Assembly (NCBI GenBank): GCA_002791275.1
Contig: PFWT01000007.1
Location: 26,859 to 90,858, forward strand
Length of the DNA stretch: 64,000 bases
Direction of reading: 5' to 3'
Origin: Candidatus Uhrbacteria bacterium CG_4_9_14_3_um_filter_41_35
GTDB taxonomy: Bacteria > Patescibacteriota > Patescibacteriia > UBA9934
Each line of letters starts with the position of its first letter. Position 1 is the stretch's first letter. Shown here piece by piece: positions 40,972 through 50,029 of this stretch. The translations under genes and the position numbers were made by a program. The notes under the pieces are model-generated. The model was not told where the DNA came from. It saw only the letters and a list, made by a program, of their open reading frames with translations, and ran no database searches.

Positions 40972-41988
40972 TTATTGAGCAATTGCGGTTACTATAGCTG
41001 CTACAGAACATGTCCCGCTCACACCAGAATTCGGAATCTGAATCCCAAAATAAGCACTATCAGTTGGGGCAGAGTTTTCATTCGTTCTATGTTGCATCCA
41101 ACCAAGGCCAGTTGAAGTTTCAAAATTTAGATCTTGATTTGTCGTTGAAAAAGACGTTGTTAGTAGCTCGTAAATATTGTCATTTGTGCCAAATCTTTGA
41201 TTCGAAACCGGAATATTTGCTGAGCCAGGACCATCACAGGTCATTACAGCTGAGCTTGCTTGGATAGTCATATCAGCATCACTATTTCCATAAAGAGTAC
41301 CTAGCACAGAAATACCAGCCTGAGTTGCACCAAGTGACATCTGACCATAACTAATTGTTGACGAACCAAAGTTCATGGATAGAACTATATTTTTTGTAAA
41401 TGATGATGTAGCTGTTCCGGTTAAGGCAGTTGAGTCGTAAGCAATACCACTTAATTCCCAGTACGAAGGCGGGTAATCATTTGAGTCCATCCAGTATTCA
41501 AGGAGTGCACTACACTTATACCAAGCTGAAGTAGCGCCTTCTGTAAAATCTAGAGTGCAGGCAGAAATTCCACCCGTAGTTTGACCATCATAATTTGAAT
41601 AACAGTAATTACCGTCCTTTTCAGCAGCTGTATCACAATCAACAAGCGTTTTAGTATTTGGAATAACAGTATGATGAAACATCGCAACCCTCGCTTCTGC
41701 GATATCACCGTTACCGTTTAAATCCGAAATTTTCATGAACACATCAACCGGTGTTTGTGTGTTGGCGGAGCCGGTTACACCATTCAAACCTGTATACGGA
41801 TTACAGGAAGTCGCCCCTCCACTTGGACAGAGCTTTATCACGTCTATTGTTGGCGAAACCTGAGTGATCTGAACTGATGTTGTCTCCGTTTGTGAACGCG
41901 TTAGAACCAATGCAATAATAACAAACAAACCGATAAGCATTAATAAGCCTCCTGATATCCAATTAACTAAGTTATTGTCTTTTGTCAT
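40972..41988 (-). CDS. Paralog 1 of a tandem family: N-terminally anchored, Cys-containing secreted ~338-aa protein
   Basis: N-term MTKDNNLVNWISGGLLMLIGLFVIIALVL-TRSQTE. Conserved blocks VLSMNFGSSTISYGQMSLGATQAG, DGNYCY, AWYKC..EYWMD, C-terminus GVSGTCSVAAIVTAIAQ. Confidence 0.6.
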   Translation of the reverse strand: MTKDNNLVNWISGGLLMLIGLFVIIALVLTRSQTETTSVQITQVSPTIDVIKLCPSGGATSCNPYTGLNGVTGSANTQTPVDVFMKISDLNGNGDIAEARVAMFHHTVIPNTKTLVDCDTAAEKDGNYCYSNYDGQTTGGISACTLDFTEGATSAWYKCSALLEYWMDSNDYPPSYWELSGIAYDSTALTGTATSSFTKNIVLSMNFGSSTISYGQMSLGATQAGISVLGTLYGNSDADMTIQASSAVMTCDGPGSANIPVSNQRFGTNDNIYELLTTSFSTTNQDLNFETSTGLGWMQHRTNENSAPTDSAYFGIQIPNSGVSGTCSVAAIVTAIAQ

Positions 41989-42000
41989 ATATATTTAATA

Positions 42001-43011
42001 TTATTGAGCTACAGTTAAAATCGTTGCCGTTACTGAACAGGTTCCGCTTACGCCAGTACTTGGAATTTGAATACCGAAATAAACTGAGTCGGCTGGGTTG
42101 GTCGTTTCACTGGTTCGTGCAATTAATTTATTATCATTTGGATTATTTTCGAAATCCAAATCTTGAGCAGACGTCGAAAGTGCGCTCGCTAAAAGTTCGT
42201 AAGTATTATTATCTGTACCGAATCTTTGATTTAAAACTGGAATGTTTGCCGAACCCGGACCATTACAGCTCATTACGGCTGAGTTTGACTGAATTGTCAT
42301 ATCGGCATCGCTATTTCCGTAAAGAGTTCCGAGCACAGCAACACCCGCCTGCGTTGCGCCGAGCGACATTTGACCATAACTAATTGTTGATGAGCCGAAG
42401 TTCATTGACAGGACCGAGGTGTTTTCAAAAGTCGAACCTGTAATCAGAGAAGTTGATGTGGCAGTATCATAAATAACAGCGTCGATATTCCATGTTTGAC
42501 TTGAGTACTTTGAAAGTGGATCGGTTGCATCCATCCACGACTGTAAAGTTACACGACAACGCCACCAAGCTGAAGTAATACCTTCGGCTGAGTCAAAAAC
42601 ACAAGCATCTACCCCGCCCAATGTTTGATTATAAACATTGTTATAGCAATAATTTCCATCAACATTATTTGAACCCGCACAAGCGGCTGGACCGCCTATG
42701 CCAGACCGATACAGTGTTGTTTCAACTTTCGAAATATCACCATAGCCGTTTGGATCCGTAACTTTTACAAGCACATCCATTGCCTTGGGTGCGTTAGCAT
42801 TCCCAAGATAATCCGATATCTGCGGACACGATGTAGCAAGGCCAGTGTCACACAATTTAACAGAGGCCAAAGTAGGAGCCTGCTGACTAACCGAAACGGA
42901 AGTAGTCTCAGTTTGCGATTTTACCACCGCCAGCGCAATGATAATCAGTACTGCAATCACGATTAGCAGTGCACCAACAAACCAACTTAGAAATTCACTA
43001 TTTTTTTTCAT
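42001..43011 (-). CDS. Paralog 2 of the tandem anchored secreted-protein family
   Basis: Same blocks, including AWWRCRVTLQSWMDATD; ends GVSGTCSVTATILTVAQ. Confidence 0.6.
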   Translation of the reverse strand: MKKNSEFLSWFVGALLIVIAVLIIIALAVVKSQTETTSVSVSQQAPTLASVKLCDTGLATSCPQISDYLGNANAPKAMDVLVKVTDPNGYGDISKVETTLYRSGIGGPAACAGSNNVDGNYCYNNVYNQTLGGVDACVFDSAEGITSAWWRCRVTLQSWMDATDPLSKYSSQTWNIDAVIYDTATSTSLITGSTFENTSVLSMNFGSSTISYGQMSLGATQAGVAVLGTLYGNSDADMTIQSNSAVMSCNGPGSANIPVLNQRFGTDNNTYELLASALSTSAQDLDFENNPNDNKLIARTSETTNPADSVYFGIQIPSTGVSGTCSVTATILTVAQ

Positions 43012-43018
43012 ATAATAA

Positions 43019-44038
43019 TTATTGAGCTACGGATAAAATTGTGGCAGTTACTGAGCAGTTTCCGCCAACACCTTCACTGGGTATTTTAATACCAAAGTAA
43101 ACGTAATCAGACGGATTTGTGGTTTCGCTAGTTCTTGCGATTAACTTGTTGTCGTTTGCATCACTTTCAAAATCTAGATCCTGTGGTGCTGTAGAAAGCG
43201 CGCTAGCCAAAAGTTCGTATGCAACATCGTTAGTGCCAAAACGTTGATTTTCAACCGGAATAAAACCTGAGCCTTGGCCATCACAAGTCATCAGTGAGGC
43301 ATTCGCCTGAATTGTCATATCGGCATCTGTGTTACCATATAAAGTTCCAAGCACCGCCACCCCTGCGCTTGTGGCGTTTAGCGGAAGCTGACCGTAATTA
43401 ATGGTCGATGAACCAAAGTTTATGGAGAGTACAGAAGCATTTTCAAAAGTTGCCATTTTCCAAATACTATTCAGGGCCGAATCCTGAGCCCAAGCCTGGA
43501 TTTGCCAATTTTCCGTTGGGTATTTTGACTGATCATCCGTGGCGTCCATCCATGGTTCGAACGTTACAGTACATTTCCACCAGGCTGCAGATGCAGTGTC
43601 GCTCGAATCAAATACGCACTGAGAGATACCTGCATTGTTGCCAAAATTGATATTATTATAGCAATAATTACCGTCCTTATTACCGTTCACTGAAGCATTC
43701 ATACATTGCGCCAGTGGAATTGCGCTTCTATGAACTGAAATGCGAAGACTTGCAATGTCATTATAACTATTTCCGTCTGTAATTTTTGCCCAAACATCAG
43801 CCTGCGTTTGTGTATTTGGACTGCCCACAAAAGTTGAGAGTGCCGTGCAGTTAGTACCAGCCACATCGTTAGCTGGACACAATTTTACAAGATTAAGTAT
43901 AGGTCTTGACTGGGCCACAACTACCGTCGATGTATCTGCTTGCGATTGTAGTAAAGCAAACGAAAGAATGACAAGTAGTCCTATCAGAACTAATGTCCCC
44001 GCGACAACCCAAGAGGTATCTTTCGTTTTTAAAAGCAT
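43019..44038 (-). CDS. Paralog 3 of the tandem anchored secreted-protein family
   Basis: Same blocks, including AWWKCTVTFEPWMDATD; ends GVGGNCSVTATILSVAQ. Confidence 0.6.
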   Translation of the reverse strand: MLLKTKDTSWVVAGTLVLIGLLVILSFALLQSQADTSTVVVAQSRPILNLVKLCPANDVAGTNCTALSTFVGSPNTQTQADVWAKITDGNSYNDIASLRISVHRSAIPLAQCMNASVNGNKDGNYCYNNINFGNNAGISQCVFDSSDTASAAWWKCTVTFEPWMDATDDQSKYPTENWQIQAWAQDSALNSIWKMATFENASVLSINFGSSTINYGQLPLNATSAGVAVLGTLYGNTDADMTIQANASLMTCDGQGSGFIPVENQRFGTNDVAYELLASALSTAPQDLDFESDANDNKLIARTSETTNPSDYVYFGIKIPSEGVGGNCSVTATILSVAQ

Positions 44039-44042
44039 ACAA

Positions 44043-45062
44043 TTACTGCGCGACCGAAAGAATGGTTGCTGTTACCGAGCAAGTTCCACTAACACCCGAA
44101 TTTGGAATTTGGATACCAAAGAAGACAGAATCAGTTGGGTTAGCAGTTTCACTAGTTCGAGCCAATAATTTATTACCGTTCGCCGAGGTTTCAAAATCTA
44201 GATCTTGCGCAAAAGTAGTGAGTGAACTTGCAAGGAGCTCATAAACAACGTCATCTGTGCTGAATTTTTGATTACCAACTGAAATACTAGACGAGCCAGG
44301 ACCATCACAAGCCATGGAGTTTACGTTAGCCTGAATTGTCATATCAGCGTCGCTGTTTCCATACAGCGTGCCAAGGACTGCCACCCCAGCCTTGGTTGCT
44401 CCGAGCGACATCTGACCATAACTAATTGTTGTTGAACCAAAATTCATTGAAAGGACTGAGGTATTTTCGAAAGTAGCAAGTTTCCAATTATTATTTGAAA
44501 CCGAGTCTTGGGCCCATGACTGAATCATCCAGTTTTCTGCCGAATATTTTGAAAGGGCGTCTGTTGCATCCATCCATGGTTCAAAGGTGATCGTACATTT
44601 CCACCAGGCAGTCGTAGCACTCACACTTGAAACAACAGTGCAGGCAGTGATACCAGCGTCGTTACCGAAGCTCATATTGTTATAACAAAAATTGCCGTCT
44701 TTGTGACCGTTCACCGATGCGTTCATACAACTGGCCAACGGAATTCCACTTCTGTGAACCGATGTAGTGAGTCTGGTCACATCTCCGTAACCATTGAGAT
44801 CAGTAACGTTAAGCCAAATGTCTGCCTGCGTTTGCGCGTTCGGACTACCTAAAAAATTAGCGATGCCTAAACAATCAACTCCAGCAGGATCGTTAAACGC
44901 ACAGAGCTTCACAGAATTAATTGCTGGTGCGACCTGACTAACCTGAACCGAGGCGATTTCTGCTTGTGATTTTGTTAGAACTATTGCACTAATGATAAAT
45001 AAACCAATAAGAAGTAGCGCACCCCCTAGCACCCAATTCATTAGACTATTTTCTTGCGTCAT
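44043..45062 (-). CDS. Paralog 4 of the tandem anchored secreted-protein family
   Basis: Same blocks; ends GVSGTCSVTATILSVAQ. Confidence 0.6.
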   Translation of the reverse strand: MTQENSLMNWVLGGALLLIGLFIISAIVLTKSQAEIASVQVSQVAPAINSVKLCAFNDPAGVDCLGIANFLGSPNAQTQADIWLNVTDLNGYGDVTRLTTSVHRSGIPLASCMNASVNGHKDGNFCYNNMSFGNDAGITACTVVSSVSATTAWWKCTITFEPWMDATDALSKYSAENWMIQSWAQDSVSNNNWKLATFENTSVLSMNFGSTTISYGQMSLGATKAGVAVLGTLYGNSDADMTIQANVNSMACDGPGSSSISVGNQKFSTDDVVYELLASSLTTFAQDLDFETSANGNKLLARTSETANPTDSVFFGIQIPNSGVSGTCSVTATILSVAQ

Positions 45063-45208
45063 AATACTTTTTTTAACTCAAATATTTAATCTAATTATAG
45101 CAAACTATTTTATTAATTTCTTTTCTTATTAACAGATAAATAAATTTTCGAGTCAAACTTAAAGCCACCCATTAATGGATGGCTTTAAACTTTTTTTCCT
45201 CCGTTATA

Positions 45209-45415
45209 CTATCTAATGTCTACTTTTGTTGAAAGAGTTTCAGTTGGAATAAATACTGACATTTCAACTTCGGATGATCCGGCTTCTTCTGTTCTAACAG
45301 GTGCAGGAGACGGTGCAACGATTACACTGTTCTGACCTGATGCAAGAGAGATCACCAACCAAGCAGTCAATAAAGTAACAACAACGGCAAGGATTGACAG
45401 AATATTGTTATTCAT
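45209..45415 (-). CDS. Small hypothetical membrane protein (68 aa)
   Basis: Single TM helix. Lies between paralogs 4 and 5. Confidence 0.3.
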   Translation of the reverse strand: MNNNILSILAVVVTLLTAWLVISLASGQNSVIVAPSPAPVRTEEAGSSEVEMSVFIPTETLSTKVDIR

Positions 45416-45436
45416 AAATCTCGCGTTAAATGTTAT

Positions 45437-46468
45437 TTAGTGATTAATTGCTGCCAAAGTTGCTGCTACAGTACATGTTCCACTAACTCCAGATGCAGGA
45501 ATACCGATTCCAAAAAATACAGTATCTGATGGAGCAACAGTTTCACTTGTTCGAGCCAACAGCTCATTATCATTAACATTAACCTCAAAGTCAAGATCCT
45601 GTGGTGAGTTTGAAAGTGCACTTGCAAGTGCTTCGTAAGCACTATCGCTTGTTCCAAATCTCTGATTAGCAACTGGGATATTTGCGCTACCTACTCCGTC
45701 ACAAGTCATAACTGCTGAGTTAGCTGCGATTGTCATATCTACGTCTGAGTTTCCCTGAGCTGTTCCCAAAACTGAGACACCAGCTTTAGTTGCACCAAGA
45801 GACATTGGACCATAGCTAATTGTTGATGATCCGAAGTTCATCGAAAGAACTGTGTTATTTCTGAATGTTGAAGGATTTACTGAGATACCAGTGTTGCTTT
45901 GCGAGTCAACAACTATCGCATCCATAGCCCAGTTTTCTGCTGCAAAGTTTGATGAAGGGTCGGTTGCATCCATCCAGTACTGAAGTGTTACATCACACTT
46001 CCACCAAGCTGATGTTGTACTTACAATATCATTTTGAGCACATGAAAGAATTCCTCCTGAAGTTTGTCCATCGTAGTTTGAGTAACAGCTGTTTCCGTCA
46101 TACTCAGATCCAGCACCAATCGAACCGGTGTTACAAGCCGCTAGTCCAACTGAGCTTCGATAAAGTGATCCACCAACTGAAGCGATATCACCGTAACCGT
46201 TAGCATCCGAAACCTGAACAAACAAATCCATCTCTGTTGATGTAGTGTTTGCACCGGTAAACTCTGACACACCAACACATGAGCCTACTGCTACTGCTTC
46301 GTTGATACAAAGTTTTACTGCATCAACTGTTGGTGTAGCCTGAGTAATCTGAACGGTTGTTGTTTCTGTTTGAGATCTAGTTAGCACCAAAGCGATGATA
46401 ACAAAGAGCCCGATGAGGAGCAATGCGCCTCCAAGCACCCAGTGGGTGGCATTGTTTTCTTGAGCCAT
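45437..46468 (-). CDS. Paralog 5 of the tandem anchored secreted-protein family
   Basis: Same N-terminal anchor (HWVLGGALLLIGLFVIIALVL-TRSQTE) and blocks; ends GVSGTCTVAATLAAINH. Confidence 0.6.
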   Translation of the reverse strand: MAQENNATHWVLGGALLLIGLFVIIALVLTRSQTETTTVQITQATPTVDAVKLCINEAVAVGSCVGVSEFTGANTTSTEMDLFVQVSDANGYGDIASVGGSLYRSSVGLAACNTGSIGAGSEYDGNSCYSNYDGQTSGGILSCAQNDIVSTTSAWWKCDVTLQYWMDATDPSSNFAAENWAMDAIVVDSQSNTGISVNPSTFRNNTVLSMNFGSSTISYGPMSLGATKAGVSVLGTAQGNSDVDMTIAANSAVMTCDGVGSANIPVANQRFGTSDSAYEALASALSNSPQDLDFEVNVNDNELLARTSETVAPSDTVFFGIGIPASGVSGTCTVAATLAAINH

Positions 46469-46679
46469 AAAAATATTTTCTATTTTTAATTAATTTTTAT
46501 AAAAATATTATACCACCTTTCAGAATTTTATTTATAACTTTAAAGTGATATTGTCCACAGGTCATCCGGCTTACTATCGTTAATGCTTTCTTCAGTAACA
46601 GAATCTGGAATTTTTTTTGCGTCTGTACTAATTTTTACATCAGTAGTTTCTAAAATATTTTTTACCGGATTAGTTTTAG

Positions 46680-48413
46680 TTATAGGTGTTTGAACTGGTG
46701 TTTGAACTGGTGTTTGAACTGGTGTTTGAACTGGTGTTTGAACTGGTGTTTGAACTGGTGTTTGAACTGGTGTTTGAACTGGTTTTGAACTGGTGTTTGA
46801 ACTGGTGTTGTTACTTGTGGTATCTGAGGTTGTAGAGGAGATGGAGATGCTGGTATTTGTGTAGTTCCAAAAGAGGCAGAACCTAAAGGATTAGCTTCAA
46901 CCGTCACACCTTCGGACTGAGCACTCGTGCGGTCTTTGTCGCTAATTGTTCCATCTTGGTTTGAGTCAATTGTTACCGTTGCCGTAATCCAAGTGCCCAC
47001 AGTTAAAGTGTTTGATGCTGGCACAAACTGCCAGGCTACACCCTCCAGTTTTGTGGTTCCGATGATCACTTTGTTGGCGTAAATATTTATCACCGATCCA
47101 ACCTTCCCTGAACAAGTACCTGTAATAACTGGGCTGTTACTAAATATCGGTGAGTTAACCACCGGTGGTTCCACTTGTTTTCTTTTCCTAAAGAAGAACC
47201 AGAGAATACCAAAAGCGAGCAACACTATTAGTGAAATTAGTAGTGTCCAAATATACCCCCATTTATCGGCAGGCAGTACCTCGGCAACCGCAAGCGATTT
47301 AGCTGTAACGTTAACATTCAAATTTTGTGTATTTGAAACTTTATTTCCAAACTCTACATAACCCACCATTTTGTAATCACCTTCATTTGAAAATTCAGTG
47401 AAAGAACGAAAAGTTGTGATCTCGTCTCTACCAACAGAAAAAGATTTTCCTACCAAGGTATCTAGAAGTTGATCGTCGGCTGAATAAATTTCGATTATCA
47501 TTCGGCTAAGAACCGGGATGGTTCCAGTATTTCTAAAAGTTCCAAGCATCACCACCTGTTCGTTTGGTGCGTAACTGTCCTTTGAAGCCGAGAACGAAGA
47601 AAGCTCACCACTTTGTTTTAAAGTTCCGGGTGAAAAAACTTGTAGATCTTCTGTGGTTGCAAAAACCACTTCTCCGCCAACCAAGAATTTAATCTCACCT
47701 TTATACTGACCAGCTGGTAGTTTTGATTCAAAGTCTACTAACTCTGACCTGGTCTCCCCCGGTCGCCAAGGTCCGATTTTTTTACCATCAAACGTTTCGG
47801 TTGTAATTAAATTTCCGCTACCTGCGTCAAAAAAACTAACCGTTATTTCGTCCGGTCGCCACTCCGTATTTCCATTATTCACCACCTGAAAACCTAAAAT
47901 AATAGACAGAAGCTCTTCAGTCTGTGGGAAGTTTACATTTGTAATATCAAAGTCAATTACCTGCTTATCTGAAACTGAAAAGTCGAGCATTAGCTGCACA
48001 CCACGTCGCAAAATCGTTCCAGCTCCTTTATCCACCCCACCCTCACCAGTTTGTGGTAAAAATAACACTTTTGCATTATAACTTCCGATCGCTGCCTCTT
48101 TTGGTAAAATTGAAAACTGGTACGGAACAATTGTTACACCTTGTGGAAAAGTAATCATGTCTGGTCCCTCAAGAAATCGGGCATCTTGACCTTGAAATTC
48201 AACCGCAAAAGTTTCCGCAGTTGGTCCTTCGTTACGCAAAATATTTACAGTTACCACCTGACCATATTCCCGAGTAATATCGTTTACAACAACAGACGGT
48301 GGTGAAATTCCCAGAGTTGCGAAAGCGAAATTTGGCGCCAGGAATAAAAAAGCTCCCAAAAGCATTGTGCATAACCTGAAAAAATTTCTAAATTTTAATT
48401 TTTCCCCCAACAT
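46680..48413 (-). CDS. Secreted family-B protein: signal peptide + GISPPSV motif + C-terminal TM + Ig-like tail + repeat C-terminus
   Basis: Signal peptide MLLGAFLFLAPNFAFA|TLGISPPSV. TM WGYIWTLLISLIVLLAFGILWFFF then basic RKRK. C-terminal ~110-aa beta-rich domain, then a (TPVQ)n/(FKHQ)n repeat tail. Confidence 0.6.
   Translation of the reverse strand: MLGEKLKFRNFFRLCTMLLGAFLFLAPNFAFATLGISPPSVVVNDITREYGQVVTVNILRNEGPTAETFAVEFQGQDARFLEGPDMITFPQGVTIVPYQFSILPKEAAIGSYNAKVLFLPQTGEGGVDKGAGTILRRGVQLMLDFSVSDKQVIDFDITNVNFPQTEELLSIILGFQVVNNGNTEWRPDEITVSFFDAGSGNLITTETFDGKKIGPWRPGETRSELVDFESKLPAGQYKGEIKFLVGGEVVFATTEDLQVFSPGTLKQSGELSSFSASKDSYAPNEQVVMLGTFRNTGTIPVLSRMIIEIYSADDQLLDTLVGKSFSVGRDEITTFRSFTEFSNEGDYKMVGYVEFGNKVSNTQNLNVNVTAKSLAVAEVLPADKWGYIWTLLISLIVLLAFGILWFFFRKRKQVEPPVVNSPIFSNSPVITGTCSGKVGSVINIYANKVIIGTTKLEGVAWQFVPASNTLTVGTWITATVTIDSNQDGTISDKDRTSAQSEGVTVEANPLGSASFGTTQIPASPSPLQPQIPQVTTPVQTPVQNQFKHQFKHQFKHQFKHQFKHQFKHQFKHQFKHL
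46685..46803 (-). repeat. 12-nt tandem repeat (ggtgtttgaact, ~10 units) with one 11-nt unit
   Basis: Eight perfect units, then ggttttgaact (11 nt), then one more unit. Reverse-complement frames encode VQTP or FKHQ. Confidence 0.75.
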
Positions 48414-48659
48414 AATCTTATAAATTTTTATCAGTATTAATTTTATCTGATTTTGTGTCGTTTTCGTTTTTGCAAATTTCACAATTTTGTTTGCGACTTT
48501 TCTGTTCAGAAACAAACGCAAAAACCAAAGTTGCTACAAAAAACCCTACAAAAAAACCTTGTATCAAAGTTGAACTTATCATAACACCAATCTCTATTCT
48601 CATTAACTTTTGGACAGCTTGCAGTCCTAAAATAATGTTTTCCATGATATTATTATACC

Positions 48660-49205
48660 ATGCCTCTAGTTGCTATAAAATATATCGCCAACTCATTCGC
48701 TTTGTTACTGTTCATAACTATACTCGGCGGATTTTTACATTTCTTCATTATTGAGTTTACAGAGATCAACGGTGTTTCAATGGAACCCACCTATATTGAT
48801 ACGCAAAAAGTAATTATCAATAAGATAACCCCGCTCCTCACACCACTCAAACGCGGAGAAACTGTAAGTTTGTTTGATGAATATCGCGAGCTCCTGCTCA
48901 TTAAACGTGTTGTTGGCCTGCCCGGTGAACAAATTGTGATTCGTGATGGCGCTGTATATGTTCGAGATCAGTTTGGGAATGAAAATATTTTAACCGAACC
49001 GTATATTCAAAATTCTGTGCTCACAAAACCAAAAATTGGGAACGAAGAGCTCTACCCAATTCTTGGTCCGCACGAATATTTTGTTCTAGGTGATAACCGT
49101 GGCCGAAGTACAGACTCCCGCATTTATGGCTCAGTTGATCGATCGCAAATTGTTGGTGTTGTCTTCCCTATTCCTTTCGCTTCTTCATCGCGAGCACAAA
49201 ACTAA
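48660..49205 (+). CDS. lepB: Signal peptidase I
   Basis: N-terminal TM; catalytic Ser box GVSMEPT, Lys box LIKRVVGLPGE, box E GDNRGRSTDSR. Confidence 0.8.
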   Translation: MPLVAIKYIANSFALLLFITILGGFLHFFIIEFTEINGVSMEPTYIDTQKVIINKITPLLTPLKRGETVSLFDEYRELLLIKRVVGLPGEQIVIRDGAVYVRDQFGNENILTEPYIQNSVLTKPKIGNEELYPILGPHEYFVLGDNRGRSTDSRIYGSVDRSQIVGVVFPIPFASSSRAQN

Positions 49206-50025
49206 CTACGTATAAAAATATTAGTACCGACGAACCAATCAAAATATAGTCAATTGTTTTATCCCTCTTCAAAACTGAAAGAGGGAATTTATTTTCAGAA
49301 ATTTTTTCACCATCGTGCAAAACTTCTACTGTTAGTGTGTAATCACCGGCTTTTAGCCGAAAATCTTCAGAAATTTTAGTGACGCTCGGTGGAAGAGAAA
49401 CTAGCGTCCCTTCATTCACTGCCAAAACGTCACCCGCACCATTAGTTAACTCAGACTTGTAACTTATTCCGGTCAAATAATCAGAAGCTGGGTTCATTAA
49501 ATTGTAAGAAATATTCACTGCGGAAGCAATAACACCACTGTCGATTCTCTTTGCAAAATCCTGAGCGTGCGGAGCGTTTTGCATTACAAAATTATGATAG
49601 TCAGCGGTATTTAAAACAGAGAGGTGTAAATTTCCGCTCACTCCTAGAAAAAACATTACTCCCGGCTGTGTCATTACTGATTTTGAAGATTGAACAAACT
49701 GAATTTGTTTATCGTAAGTACCAGGCGCGAGATCTTGCGCGTCTACCTCAAATGTAAACGGAACCATTGTTTCACCGGTCTCAAAACTAACGTTTTTGCC
49801 ATTTACAAAATTTACATATGGCGAATCCTCTGTTTGAACTTCAAGCAGCTCTGGTTTTTGTGATTGGTCACGTAAAACATTGTACTTTACAATATTTTTT
49901 TCACCTTCTTTTACCGTTGAGTACACAGACGGTGGTGAAATTCCGTACGAAATCGCCTGCACTGGTTGTACATTTAAAATCAGTACTGAAAAAATAAATA
50001 GCAGTAAAGTTCCTCGCTTAATCAT
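49168..50025 (-). CDS. Secreted family-B paralog (285 aa)
   Basis: Signal peptide ...LNVQPVQA|ISYGISPPSV; C-terminal TM ILIGSSVLIFLYVVSFVLA + KKRKE. Confidence 0.55.
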   Translation of the reverse strand: MIKRGTLLLFIFSVLILNVQPVQAISYGISPPSVYSTVKEGEKNIVKYNVLRDQSQKPELLEVQTEDSPYVNFVNGKNVSFETGETMVPFTFEVDAQDLAPGTYDKQIQFVQSSKSVMTQPGVMFFLGVSGNLHLSVLNTADYHNFVMQNAPHAQDFAKRIDSGVIASAVNISYNLMNPASDYLTGISYKSELTNGAGDVLAVNEGTLVSLPPSVTKISEDFRLKAGDYTLTVEVLHDGEKISENKFPLSVLKRDKTIDYILIGSSVLIFLYVVSFVLAMKKRKE

Positions 50026-50029
50026 AGTT

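Noticed and set aside
40972-46468. Interpreting the tandem paralogs as type IV pilins or pseudopilins
   Set aside because: The N-termini lack the G|F(T/S)L(I/L)E prepilin cleavage/methylation motif and the Glu5. They keep the hydrophobic segment but with a different conserved pattern, so they are reported as an unclassified family instead.
48418-48645. 75-aa minus-strand ORF between the family-B gene and the signal peptidase gene
   Set aside because: It would leave only ~14 nt for the divergent promoter region with lepB. More likely this is the 5' UTR/promoter region of both genes.
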